A stretch of 64,000 nt of DNA from Candidatus Hydrogenedentota bacterium (GCA_046540175.1 JBKHFO010000001.1:9936-73935), one strand, 5' to 3'; numbered from the stretch's first letter, positions 20,939 through 30,198 are shown. Numbers and translations are program-made. Notes: a model not told the origin generated them from the letters alone.

Positions 20939-21257
20939 GAACCACCTCCGGCAAATGGGGATGTGAACGCGGAATTGATTCCGCGGGGCCGTGGATCTCG
21001 GGGAGAAGCTTAGCATGGCGCCGTCCCAACGCGCCACCGGCGCTTTCTCTTGCCGGGTTCCCGCCGTGTCCGCCTGTAACCATGCAAAAGGACGTACGGC
21101 GTCAACAAGCCGATTGTGAATCAAACCGCTGCTCGAAGCGTTGCGTTATGGCGGGAGCCTGTGAAACAATACCACGCTGTGCAATGGCGGGCGTTTTGCG
21201 CCCGGCTAATCCCAAGGAACCACGAGGGGATCTTAGCAAAAGGGTTTGTGAGCAATT

Positions 21258-21887
21258 ATGGATAGAATGAAAGGCCCCGCGCTTGTGGTGTTGTTTTTAA
21301 TGGCCGCGCTTGGCGGTGGGGGATGCGCCGCCGGACCCGGCGTTGTCCCATACGACGCCTTCAGCAGCGTTCGTGAAGCAGATCAGGAGCGTCCCGGCGA
21401 ATGGCGGATTGAGGACAACCGCATGGTGAATGTTATTCCCGAAGAAGCGGCGTCCGACGCTGTAGCGGCGGGAGAGGAAGGGGCCAGCATGGCCTTGGTC
21501 GAGGGGTTCCGCGCCCGGGATGTGGTGGTGAAGGGGCAACTCGGGTTCGAGGGGTATGCGGCGCCCGCCCTCGTGTTTCGGGCGCAGGAGGAAGATGGCG
21601 TGGTGGACGCTATGTACATGTTGGTGGTGAACACCGACGGCGTGTTCCTCTGGCGGCTGCTCGACGGGAATTGGATGGCCATCGTACGCCATTATGTGCC
21701 TTTGCCGCCGGAGACGATGCATACGGTGCGCGCCGAGGCGCGCGGGGACACGATTGAGGTTGCGTTGGACGGAGAGGACCTTTTCGATACGAATGACACG
21801 CTTCTCATGCAAGCTGGCGGAGCCGGGGTGAGCGCCCGGGAAGGCGTGTGTTATATAGCGGATGTCGGCGTGGAGAGTCTGGATTAG
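21258..21887 (+). CDS. Secreted protein (possible lipoprotein) with DUF1080-like concanavalin/jellyroll domain
   Basis: MKGPALVVLFLMAALGGGGCAAG signal. GEWRIEDNRMV ... GVSAREGVCYIADVGVESL resembles the 3-keto-disaccharide hydrolase / DUF1080 pattern. Family assignment is weak. Confidence 0.5.
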   Translation: MDRMKGPALVVLFLMAALGGGGCAAGPGVVPYDAFSSVREADQERPGEWRIEDNRMVNVIPEEAASDAVAAGEEGASMALVEGFRARDVVVKGQLGFEGYAAPALVFRAQEEDGVVDAMYMLVVNTDGVFLWRLLDGNWMAIVRHYVPLPPETMHTVRAEARGDTIEVALDGEDLFDTNDTLLMQAGGAGVSAREGVCYIADVGVESLD

Positions 21888-21901
21888 GGAGGTTGTATTT
21901 C

Positions 21902-23947
21902 GTGGCGGGCTATTCTTCCTTGCGGAGCTTGGCGATCCTTGGCGCGCTCCTATGCGCGGGGCCGTGGGTCCTTCCGGCGGACGCGGCGACATTCGAGGGG
22001 GTGGTGTTGGGACCCGGCGGGGATCCGGTGGAGAACGCGCAGGTCTTCATCGAGCCGGGCGTGGAGCACTCCCTCCGGCAGACCGAGACGGACGCAAGTG
22101 GACGTTTTACCTTTGAAGACGTTCGCAACGGGCGCATCGGCCTTTTCGCGGTGGCGGATAATCTGTCCTTTGGCGGTAAGACCGTGACCGCCCTGTCGGG
22201 GGCGAGGGAGACCGGCTTGCAAGTGCGTCTTGGCGAACCCGCGACGGTGCGGGGCAGGGTGCGCGATGCGGACGGGGCCGCCGTGTCCGAAGCGCGCATC
22301 ACGAGGGTGGCGCTTCTGCAAGAAGACAAGGTTGGCATCCCGCTAGCCAAATTGCGCGCATTCGACTTCTCCGAGCCGGCCACGGACGGGGAGGGCCGTT
22401 TCCAGATCCCGAACATGCCCGAAGGGGTGGAACTGGCGTTGAAGGTGGGCCATCCCAGTTATGCTCAGACAAGCGTCATGGGCGCCCGCGCGGGCATGCA
22501 ACCCGTCGAGGTGACCCTTGAGCAAGGCGTCTTGGTCCAGGGCGAGGTGGTGACTCGGGGAGATGAGCGCCCCGTGGCGAACGCGTTGGTGCGCTTCTCC
22601 AGCGCCGAGCCGCCGCACGACACGGCGTTGGCGCAAACGAATTATCAGGGCGGATTCGCCGTGCGCCTCAACCCCGGCGGCTACGTGTTCCGGGCCGATG
22701 GCGAGGCGTATGCAAGCCCAAGCTGGCAACAAGTGGTGCTGCCGGAGGACCGTGCTCAAGTTCAGGTGCAGCTTCGGGTAGCCGGCAAAGGAAGCATTGA
22801 AGGCGAGGTTCGGAACGCGCGTACCGAAGCTCCTGTCACGGGCGCGCGCTTGATCTTGGAAAGCGGCGGCCAACAAGCCGAGGCTGTGCGCACGGGCAGC
22901 GACGGGAGCTTCGAGTTGCCCGCGGTCGCGGGCGAAAATGTCTTGCGCCTGGATCAGGCGCCGGGTTATCTGCAACCTTCGACATCCGCCTACCGCGTTG
23001 ATGTCCGGGAGAACGAAACCACGGAACTTCCCACCCTCTGGCTGGCCCCTATCCCTGACTATCGCGTTACCGTCGTGGATGACGATGAAGAGCGTGTCCC
23101 TGGCGCCGTCGTCACAATGGCGCGTCCAGCCCAGTTGGGGTGGCATGTCGCGGACGAGGCTGGGGTGGTGAATCTGGAGTTCTCCCAACTTTCCCAAGGA
23201 ACGCCCATTGGCGTCGCCTATCATCCCACGCAGCCTCTCGGAGCCTTGTTCACCTTGCCGGAAAGACAGGAGGAGGCGCTTGTTCAGCTTTCGTCATTGC
23301 AAGAAGTCCGGGGCGAGGTGATGAACGCCCAAGGCCGGGGCTTGGAAGGTTTGGTGACGGCCTTGGCGTTCACTGGAACCGGAGAGGACGAGCAACCTGT
23401 GCTGCTGTCTCAAACCGTGAGCAGGTCCGGCGGCGGCGCTGTGTTTCCGGGAACGCCCGGCGGCGTGCGTCTGTCTCTCCTGGCTCAAGATGCGCAGGGG
23501 CAGTTTGGCCGTTCGGAAGGATTTCGGGCGGAAGAAGCTTCCGGCGCCATCGAAGTGCGGGTGGAGGAAGGCCGGGGGGGCGTGTCGGTGATAGGGGAGA
23601 CGTTCGCGTTGGATGACATGTCTCCTCTGAACGAGGCCGCCCGCGCGATGAGCGATTTCACGGGACCTTTCGTGGCGGTATTTGCCGAAGCCGGGGAAGC
23701 CGCCATGCTTGCCGAGAGCCTCGCCCAGTTGCGCGAGGTTTACAGCAATCATGGGGCGCGCTTTGTCCTCGGTGTGTCCGCCGAGTATGGTGAACTTGAG
23801 GGAGAAGAGAACGCTGGTCCCGTGTTCCAGGGCGAGGCGCCGGGCAGCGCGTCGGTTTATCTTGTGAATCGCGAGGGGAGCGTGGTGTACGAGGCGCTGG
23901 GACTGCCCAGTCCGCCCGCTATCCAGCGGCTATTGACGGAGAATTGA
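21902..23947 (+). CDS. Secreted protein of multiple carboxypeptidase-regulatory-like (CarbopepD_reg) repeats ending in a thioredoxin-like (TlpA-like) domain that lacks CxxC
   Basis: GTG start at 21902 with GGGAGG 9 nt upstream. Signal SLRSLAILGALLCAGPWVLPADA. Repeated GxVxxxxGxPVxxAxVxxxxxxxxTDxxGRFxF units (FEGVVLGPGGDPVENAQVFIEP...TDASGRFTF and others). The C-terminus FVAVFAEAGEAAMLAESLAQLREVYSNHGARFVLGVS aligns to the redoxin fold without Cys. Confidence 0.7.
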   Translation: MAGYSSLRSLAILGALLCAGPWVLPADAATFEGVVLGPGGDPVENAQVFIEPGVEHSLRQTETDASGRFTFEDVRNGRIGLFAVADNLSFGGKTVTALSGARETGLQVRLGEPATVRGRVRDADGAAVSEARITRVALLQEDKVGIPLAKLRAFDFSEPATDGEGRFQIPNMPEGVELALKVGHPSYAQTSVMGARAGMQPVEVTLEQGVLVQGEVVTRGDERPVANALVRFSSAEPPHDTALAQTNYQGGFAVRLNPGGYVFRADGEAYASPSWQQVVLPEDRAQVQVQLRVAGKGSIEGEVRNARTEAPVTGARLILESGGQQAEAVRTGSDGSFELPAVAGENVLRLDQAPGYLQPSTSAYRVDVRENETTELPTLWLAPIPDYRVTVVDDDEERVPGAVVTMARPAQLGWHVADEAGVVNLEFSQLSQGTPIGVAYHPTQPLGALFTLPERQEEALVQLSSLQEVRGEVMNAQGRGLEGLVTALAFTGTGEDEQPVLLSQTVSRSGGGAVFPGTPGGVRLSLLAQDAQGQFGRSEGFRAEEASGAIEVRVEEGRGGVSVIGETFALDDMSPLNEAARAMSDFTGPFVAVFAEAGEAAMLAESLAQLREVYSNHGARFVLGVSAEYGELEGEENAGPVFQGEAPGSASVYLVNREGSVVYEALGLPSPPAIQRLLTEN

Positions 23948-23955
23948 GCGAGACG

Positions 23956-25869
23956 ATGGTTTCACGCGAGCACATCAAGCGAATGGGAGATTTCCCCGGG
24001 ATTATGCGTGTTTTGGTTGTTTTGGCGGTGCTTATTCCGGCCTTTTTGATGATTGCGCCCGCCTGGGCGGAACAATTCGAGGTGTCCGGCGGGGTGATGA
24101 GTTATACGCGGGAGCCGGTGGAAGGCGCCTCCGTATGGCTGGTCCAAGGTCGGCAGGTCGACCGGGTGGAAACCGATGCCGAGGGAAGCTTCCGCTTTGA
24201 CGGAGTGACCGTCGGTCCCGCCTCCGTGGTGGCGCTGAAAGAGGGATACGCGCTGGGAGGGGCGGACATTCGCGTGGCGGATTCTGTCGAAACAGATGTG
24301 ATGCTCCCTCCGGAGGACGATCTTACTGTTCGGGTGACCAACCCTCAACATAGACCCGTGTCAGGGGCCTACGTGAAAAGCCTGCGTATTGGGGGGGCGT
24401 TTACCGTGCCGGTGGAGGAATTGATGGAAGAAGGTTTTCCCCGCCTACGGAGCGATGACGAGGGGTTTCTCACCATTCCGCATTTGCCCCAACAAAGTCA
24501 CATAGCGTGCCGCCTTTATCACCGTGATTACGCCGAGAGCCATGTCGCCTACTTGCCGGTGGGGCGGATCGAGGATCAGGATATCCTTCTCTATCCTGGA
24601 GTTACGCTCGAAGGCCGGGTGACGGGACCGGAGCAAGAGGGCGTGAGCGAGGCGCGCGTGCGGCTGTTTCGCGTTGGCGGAGGAGGCCGGCGGGAGTTCG
24701 CCAGCCAGTTCACGGATCCCGAGGGCTTCTACCGGATAACTGCGCGGCCGGGCGAATACTATCTTACTGTGGACCACCCGGCGTTTGGCGCGCCGAAACC
24801 TACGGAAGTGGCGTTGCGGCCCGGCGATGAAGAGGGCGCGCGCAACATCGAATTGCGATCCCCCCGGCATATCGAGGGCGCCGTAGTGGATCCAGACGGC
24901 GAGCCCATGGCGGGCGTGGACGTGGCCTTTCTGGGTGAAGAAGGAACCATGCACGCCCATACGTGGACGGCGGCTAATGGGGAGTACGAACTTCAGGTTG
25001 GGCTGGAGGAAGGGGCCGTGCGCGTGTTTCCGCCCAATGGTTACATGACGGATGCTTTCTCCGATGTGCTCGTACAGTTTGATGGCGCGGAACGAATCAA
25101 CTTGGAGCCACTTGAACTCGACCCATTGCCCGAGATTCGCGGACAAGTCGTGAATGCCCAGGGGGAGCCCCAGCCGCGGGTGATCCTTTCCACCGATGAT
25201 TTGGAGCATCCCCTGTGGTTCTTGACCAATGAAGAAGGGCAATTCAGCATTCGGTTGCCCCGCGTGCCTGACGATGCCGAGGCCACATTCGAGGCCGAGC
25301 ACGCGTTGCGGTTTCAACGAGCGGAGTTTACCGTGGACTTGCGGGATCCCGCCCCCATTCAACTGGAACTCGAACCCTTTGAACCACGTCTTAGAGAAAG
25401 AGGCGAGGAAGAGCCAACCCGTAACCGCCTGGGCCAGCTCATTGGCGAGGAAGCGCCGCCCGTTCGCTCCGAGGACTGGTGGAACAGCGATCCGCTTGAT
25501 ACACGCGACATGCGGGGAACCGTGCTTGTTCTGCTGTTTTGGGGCGGTTTTGACTATCTTGGCGAGGGACGCAATGTGCTGGAACACGTCCGTGCTCTTC
25601 ACGCGCTATATGACGACGTGGAGGACGTGGAAATCATCGGTGTTCACGATAGTAGTCTCGAGGCGGATGACGTCGAGTACTACGTGGACGAATATGGGCT
25701 CCAGTTTCCGGTGGCTCGCGATGTCGATACGGCGGAAACCTTCCACCGGTTTAACATCACGCATATTCCAGAAGTGGTCTTAATTGATCGCCACGGCCGG
25801 GTGCGCTTCCACGACGTGGAACATCAATTGTCGGAACTGATCAAGGTGCTTCGCCGGGAAGGACGGTAA
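23956..25869 (+). CDS. Paralog of the preceding gene: CarbopepD_reg-like repeats plus a C-terminal redox-inactive TlpA-like domain
   Basis: Signal ...MRVLVVLAVLIPAFLMIAPAWA. Repeats (FEVSGGVMSYTREPVEGASVWL...TDAEGSFRF; IEGAVVDPDGEPMAGVDV...). C-terminal GTVLVLLFWGGFDYLGEGRN...FPVARD...IPEVVLIDRHGRVRF, with WGGFDY in the place of WCxxC. Start uncertain (23956 or 24004). Confidence 0.7.
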   Translation: MVSREHIKRMGDFPGIMRVLVVLAVLIPAFLMIAPAWAEQFEVSGGVMSYTREPVEGASVWLVQGRQVDRVETDAEGSFRFDGVTVGPASVVALKEGYALGGADIRVADSVETDVMLPPEDDLTVRVTNPQHRPVSGAYVKSLRIGGAFTVPVEELMEEGFPRLRSDDEGFLTIPHLPQQSHIACRLYHRDYAESHVAYLPVGRIEDQDILLYPGVTLEGRVTGPEQEGVSEARVRLFRVGGGGRREFASQFTDPEGFYRITARPGEYYLTVDHPAFGAPKPTEVALRPGDEEGARNIELRSPRHIEGAVVDPDGEPMAGVDVAFLGEEGTMHAHTWTAANGEYELQVGLEEGAVRVFPPNGYMTDAFSDVLVQFDGAERINLEPLELDPLPEIRGQVVNAQGEPQPRVILSTDDLEHPLWFLTNEEGQFSIRLPRVPDDAEATFEAEHALRFQRAEFTVDLRDPAPIQLELEPFEPRLRERGEEEPTRNRLGQLIGEEAPPVRSEDWWNSDPLDTRDMRGTVLVLLFWGGFDYLGEGRNVLEHVRALHALYDDVEDVEIIGVHDSSLEADDVEYYVDEYGLQFPVARDVDTAETFHRFNITHIPEVVLIDRHGRVRFHDVEHQLSELIKVLRREGR

Positions 25870-25891
25870 GGCAACGCTAATCCAAATAAAG

Positions 25892-25941
25892 AAAACCCCA
25901 CGCTTCCGCCGCAGAGTGGAGCGTGTGGGGTATTCGCTTTT
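25892..25941. terminator. Bidirectional terminator hairpin between convergent genes
   Basis: AAAACCCCACGC...GCGTGTGGGGTATTCGCTTTT. A GC stem followed by a T-tract. Confidence 0.45.
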
Positions 25942-25980
25942 GAAAGACTAACCGGCCAACTGGCTCGCGTGGCCGGGGGG

Positions 25981-26247
25981 TTACTGTTGAATCGCGTTGG
26001 CCCGCCGTTGCAAAGTAGCCTTTTTTCGGGAGGCGTTATTCCGGTGGATCACGCCCTTGGACGCCGCGCGATCGATGTGCGACAAGGCGCGGGGCAGTTC
26101 TTCACTAATGGCGGCCGGGTCGTTCTTCTGGATGGCCTCTTCGGCGCGCCGAATATGGGTTTTCATGCGGGACTTAACGCTGATATTGCGTTCCCGCCTC
26201 AGCTCATTGACACGAATACGTTTTCGGGCAGACTTGATGTTGGCCAT
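25981..26247 (-). CDS. rpsT: 30S ribosomal protein S20
   Basis: MANIKSARKRIRVNELRRERN...AASKGVIHRNNASRKKATL matches the S20 consensus. GGAGAG sits 4 nt upstream. Confidence 0.9.
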   Translation of the reverse strand: MANIKSARKRIRVNELRRERNISVKSRMKTHIRRAEEAIQKNDPAAISEELPRALSHIDRAASKGVIHRNNASRKKATLQRRANAIQQ

Positions 26248-26477
26248 TACGCTCTCCATTGGTTAATTCTACTTGTCCACATCAGCGGACGAAGTGTAGC
26301 AAAAGGGAAGCGGCCGAATCAAACCACCGAATCACGCCAAGGCGGATTCCCCAAAAAACACGCTCGATAAGCCCGGATTTCAAGGCTATTTTGGGCTATT
26401 GCGTAAGGCAAACGGATCCCGGGCGGCAATTCGTGAAAAGTCTGCGCCGTGGAAACTGCAACCTTTCCGGGTGGATT

Positions 26478-26505
26478 TTTGATTAATAGGGTGTGGCCTC
26501 TATAA
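26478..26505 (+). promoter_or_regulatory. Sigma70-like promoter upstream of the gspE-like gene
   Basis: TTGATT (-35), 16-nt spacer, TATAAT (-10) at 26500-26505, 39 nt before the ATG. Confidence 0.35.
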
Positions 26506-26543
26506 TCTGCTCCGAATGCCCTTGAATAAACGTACAGGAGCGA

Positions 26544-28517
26544 ATGCGCATGGCGGACAAGAACGAAAGCAAACGGCCTGGCTACGGGGACTACATCCCG
26601 GGTGAGGCCCTCGTGAAGCAGGATATCATCACACAGCAAGAACTGGAGGACGCGCGCGCCAAAGAGGAAGAGAGCGGCACTCCATGGTATCGCCAACTGC
26701 TTCATAGCGGCAAGATTACGTTTGAAGTGCTTGAAGATATCCTTTATCACGAGTTCCACCCGAAATCGATCCGGGAGGAGCACGATCAACTGGGCCGGAC
26801 CTTGGTCGACATGAAGGCCATCTCCCAGCAACAACTCGAGGAGGCCTTGGAGGAACAACGGCGCAACGGCCGTTTGCTGGGAAACATCCTGCTGGATCGG
26901 GGATGGGTGACGCGCCGCACGATCGCCAAGGCGTTGAGCAAGCAGTACCGCATGGAATTCGCGGAGGCGGATAAAACCCCGAGCGAGTCCGAAGCGCTCG
27001 AGGCCGTGCCGGAGAGCATGGCGCGAAAGAACAACATGCTTCCTGTCCAGCTTGAAGGGGACAAGCTCACCGTCTTGGTGAATACGCCCCAAACGCGCGA
27101 CGCGTTGCGCAACGTGGGTGTTCTGTTGAGCAAGCGGATTCATCCCATCCTAACCGATATCGAAGACATGAGAGCCGAGATTCACGCCCGCTATCGCGGA
27201 AAGAAGGGGCGCTCGCTGCTGGGATTCAAGCGGTCTGGCAAGGAGGCTGACTCGGAGAAGGGCGGGCGCTTCCTAAAGCGAAAAGACAGGCATGAGGCGA
27301 CCGGCCCTGGCGCGTCAGGCGACGAGGGGAAAGGAGAAGGCCGCCGTTTCGAGGGTATTGCGCAAGAGGCCTCGGGGGCGCCCGTGGTGAAGTTGGTCTC
27401 CACGATTATCGAGGGCGCGGCCAATAGCGGCGCGACCGATATCCACCTCGATCCCCAAGACCCGGAAACGCGGGTGCGGTACCGCATTGACGGCGTTCTT
27501 CACGATATCATGAGTATCCCGAAGAATATCGAGGCGGCCACGGTCTCCCGCATCAAGATTCTGGCGGATCTCGATATCACCGAGACGCGCCATCCCCAGG
27601 ACGGCCATATGAGCCTTCACGTGGGTGAGGCGGCATACGACGTGCGGGTGGCCACGATGCCCACCTTTCTCGGGGAACGAATCGTATTGCGGCTGCTTGA
27701 CCAGACAAGCGTCCTCGCGGGCATCCGTGACCTGGGGCTGGAGCCAGAGGATGAGGACAAGCTCCGGCGCGCCATCGATCAGCCCTACGGCATGATATTG
27801 GTCACCGGCCCCACGGGCAGCGGCAAGACCACCACGCTCTACGCCGCGCTCAACCAGAAGGACGTGATGACCGAGAGCATCGTCACGTTGGAGGATCCCG
27901 TGGAGTATCAGCTGTCGGGCATCAACCAGGTGCAGGTGGATCCCGACATCAACCGCACCTTCGCCAGCACGCTGCGCTCGGCCCTGCGCCAGGACATCGA
28001 CGTGCTTCTCGTGGGGGAGATCCGGGACGCGGAGACCGCCCACATCGCCATACGCGCGGCCATGACCGGCCACCTTGTTTTCAGCACCCTGCACACCAAC
28101 GACGCTGTCGAGGCCGTGGGGACCCTGCGCAACATGGGCGTCCCCTCCTATCTGATCGCCAGCGCCCTCACGGCCGTGGCCGGCCAGCGCCTCGTGCGCA
28201 AGGTTTGTCCTTACTGCAAGACGGCGTTTCAGCCCGATTCCGCCCTCCTCCAGTCGCTCGGCATGCCGGAGGATACGCGGGAACTCTATCGCGGGGCGGG
28301 ATGCGAGAACTGCTACCACACCGGCCACAAAGGCCGGACGGGGGTCTTCGAGATGTTCGGCGTGAACCAAGAACTCCGCCGTCTCATCGCGCGGGACGCC
28401 ACCCATGAAGAGCTATTCGACGCAGCCCAGGTAAAAACCATGGCTGACCGCTGCCGCCTCAAAGTGGCGAGGGGAGAAGTCAATGCCGAGGAATTCCTCC
28501 GCACCGTGCGTTTCTGA
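26544..28517 (+). CDS. GspE/PilB/MshE-family secretion ATPase with N-terminal tandem MshEN-like (c-di-GMP-binding-like) motifs; no other pilus or secretion genes adjacent
   Basis: Walker A GPTGSGKTTT. Asp/His boxes. C-terminal tetracysteine CPYCK...CENCYHTGHKG. The N-terminus holds two consecutive 24-aa-like motifs, QLGRTLVDMKAISQQQLEEALEEQ and RLLGNILLDRGWVTRRTIAKALSKQ. ACAGGAG Shine-Dalgarno is present. Confidence 0.9.
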   Translation: MRMADKNESKRPGYGDYIPGEALVKQDIITQQELEDARAKEEESGTPWYRQLLHSGKITFEVLEDILYHEFHPKSIREEHDQLGRTLVDMKAISQQQLEEALEEQRRNGRLLGNILLDRGWVTRRTIAKALSKQYRMEFAEADKTPSESEALEAVPESMARKNNMLPVQLEGDKLTVLVNTPQTRDALRNVGVLLSKRIHPILTDIEDMRAEIHARYRGKKGRSLLGFKRSGKEADSEKGGRFLKRKDRHEATGPGASGDEGKGEGRRFEGIAQEASGAPVVKLVSTIIEGAANSGATDIHLDPQDPETRVRYRIDGVLHDIMSIPKNIEAATVSRIKILADLDITETRHPQDGHMSLHVGEAAYDVRVATMPTFLGERIVLRLLDQTSVLAGIRDLGLEPEDEDKLRRAIDQPYGMILVTGPTGSGKTTTLYAALNQKDVMTESIVTLEDPVEYQLSGINQVQVDPDINRTFASTLRSALRQDIDVLLVGEIRDAETAHIAIRAAMTGHLVFSTLHTNDAVEAVGTLRNMGVPSYLIASALTAVAGQRLVRKVCPYCKTAFQPDSALLQSLGMPEDTRELYRGAGCENCYHTGHKGRTGVFEMFGVNQELRRLIARDATHEELFDAAQVKTMADRCRLKVARGEVNAEEFLRTVRF

Positions 28518-28607
28518 AAACGAAGTGGGGACGGCGCCAGTGATCTTGAGCGCGAAAGCGGTGGGGAACCCCATGGGACGGCGAGCGCATTGCGCGGCTT
28601 ATCGCCT

Positions 28608-28763
28608 ACTTACCTGATGGGCGGTAATCGGGGCACTTGGTTGCGTTGGGGCGTTCGGGCCGCTTGCAGACGTTGCCATGGTCATACTTACAGTTGTCGC
28701 ACAGAAATTCGGTGGGACAAGTCTTCTGCCACCACCATTGGCGGAGTTTGTCGAGGGTGGTCA
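28608..28763 (-). CDS. Small Cys-rich protein (51 aa), putative zinc-ribbon-like
   Basis: Minus-strand ORF MTTLDKLRQWWWQKTCPTEFLCDNCKYDHGNVCKRPERPNATKCPDYRPSGK. GGAGG sits 6 nt upstream of the ATG. It is below the ORF-track length cutoff. Confidence 0.45.
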
Positions 28764-28830
28764 TGGGGCGCCTCCATTGGGTTAAGCGTTGTGCCCGTAG
28801 AATAGCAGGCGGGCGAAGGCAAATCCCAGG

Positions 28831-30165
28831 TTATGATTCGGAACGGCGTCGGCGCAGGCGGTATTCCTGTGGCGACACGCCCTCGAATTTACGGAACAGC
28901 CGGCCCAAATTGCTGGGATCGTTCACACCCACTCGCTTGGCCACCTCGTTCACCGGGAGTTTCGTGCGCCGCAGGAGTTCCTTCGCCCGCTGCACCCGCA
29001 AGCGTCCGACATATTGGCTAAATGAGAGCCCGAACTTTCGCTGAAGGCGGTGGGTGATGGCGGTGGGATTCTGGCCGATGGCCCGCGCCGCCTCGTCCAG
29101 CGTGACGCCCTCGGCCAGCCGGGGCGTCACATAATCGTGTAGCGCCTTGTACGTGGGGTCCTTGTCCGCCCCTCGCGTGGCGCGTTTCTTGGGGGGGCGC
29201 AACGCCTTGAAGAATTCCATGAGGCTGTCGACGAGCGCGGCGTCGTTCCGGGATGCCCGAATGGCTTCATAACACGCCGTCAAGCGATCCCAACCCCGTT
29301 CCACATCGAAGCCGGCCCGGCTGGCGCCCTCGAGCAGTTCCCCGGCCAAACTCAGCGCCCGGCCCCGCCGCACTGGCAGGCGAACTTTCTTGCCTCCCTC
29401 CGTTTCCGTGATGGCGTCGTGAAAGAGCGCGCGCGCTTGCTTCGTGTCCCCCGCCGCCAGCGCCAACGCCAAGGGGCCGCCTTCGCGGATGACGTCCGTC
29501 ATGGAACGGGTTTGGCGCGAGGGGGGCGCGGTGTCCGGGGCCGTGCGCCCGGGTTCATGGGCCTCGGTTTCAGCCGTTTCTTGCGCCTTGTGTTCGCGCC
29601 ACAGCGCTTGGAAGGAGGCCGTGGCCCAGTCCGCCAGCGCCGCCATGGCCCCAGCCGGGGCCGTGCGCACGTCATCCAGCGAAAAAGGCAGCCGGGGCTC
29701 GGCGCTTCCCGTGAAGTTGGCCAACCGTTTACGCACGTCCGCTTCCAGTCCTTCAGGCGCTTCAGCGGGACAGTAGGGACCCAAGGTGAGGACCACGTTG
29801 GGCGCGGCTTCCGGCAAGACGGGCGCGGACAGACACGCAAACCCCATGTGACACTGAAAAGGGATCGAGCGCTTGCGCCGGGAGGCGGCGAGGCTGGCGG
29901 GCAGACGCGACCCCCTACAGGCCGCTCCTCCGCCGGCCATCGCCGTCACATGGCGGCAGGCAGCGCAGCCGGGTTCCCGCGTGGCCAGCGCGTGCTCTTC
30001 CTCTTCTGTCACGTAGTGAATGCTCAGCGGCATGGCCGCCGCTTGGCGCATCCGTTCGATCCACCGCGCCGTCTCGTCCGACTGCAAAAAGGTCATTATC
30101 TCTTCCGCCAGCGCGGATCCCGAACGATCAATGTCATTGGAGCGCGAGTTCATGCCGAATGCCAC
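28831..30165 (-). CDS. AraC-family transcriptional regulator with N-terminal Cys-containing (PocR-like) sensory domain
   Basis: C-terminal AraC HTH pair (LDEAARAIGQNPTAITHRLQRKFGLSFSQYVGRLRVQRAKELL...VNEVAKRVGVNDPSNLGRLFRKFEGVSPQEYR). The N-terminus has IHYVTEEEE...CAACRH...FQCHMGFACL. Confidence 0.8.
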   Translation of the reverse strand: MAFGMNSRSNDIDRSGSALAEEIMTFLQSDETARWIERMRQAAAMPLSIHYVTEEEEHALATREPGCAACRHVTAMAGGGAACRGSRLPASLAASRRKRSIPFQCHMGFACLSAPVLPEAAPNVVLTLGPYCPAEAPEGLEADVRKRLANFTGSAEPRLPFSLDDVRTAPAGAMAALADWATASFQALWREHKAQETAETEAHEPGRTAPDTAPPSRQTRSMTDVIREGGPLALALAAGDTKQARALFHDAITETEGGKKVRLPVRRGRALSLAGELLEGASRAGFDVERGWDRLTACYEAIRASRNDAALVDSLMEFFKALRPPKKRATRGADKDPTYKALHDYVTPRLAEGVTLDEAARAIGQNPTAITHRLQRKFGLSFSQYVGRLRVQRAKELLRRTKLPVNEVAKRVGVNDPSNLGRLFRKFEGVSPQEYRLRRRRSES

Positions 30166-30198
30166 GTGCCGTTTCGCCTTTCACACAGTTTCCGATGA

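Noticed and set aside
22343-28406. Several long minus-strand ORFs (22343-23224, 24445-25602, 26319-27143, 27315-28406) opposite the CarbopepD_reg-like and gspE-like genes
   Set aside because: All are antisense to genes with strong family signatures and show homopolymeric Arg/Gly/Ala composition.
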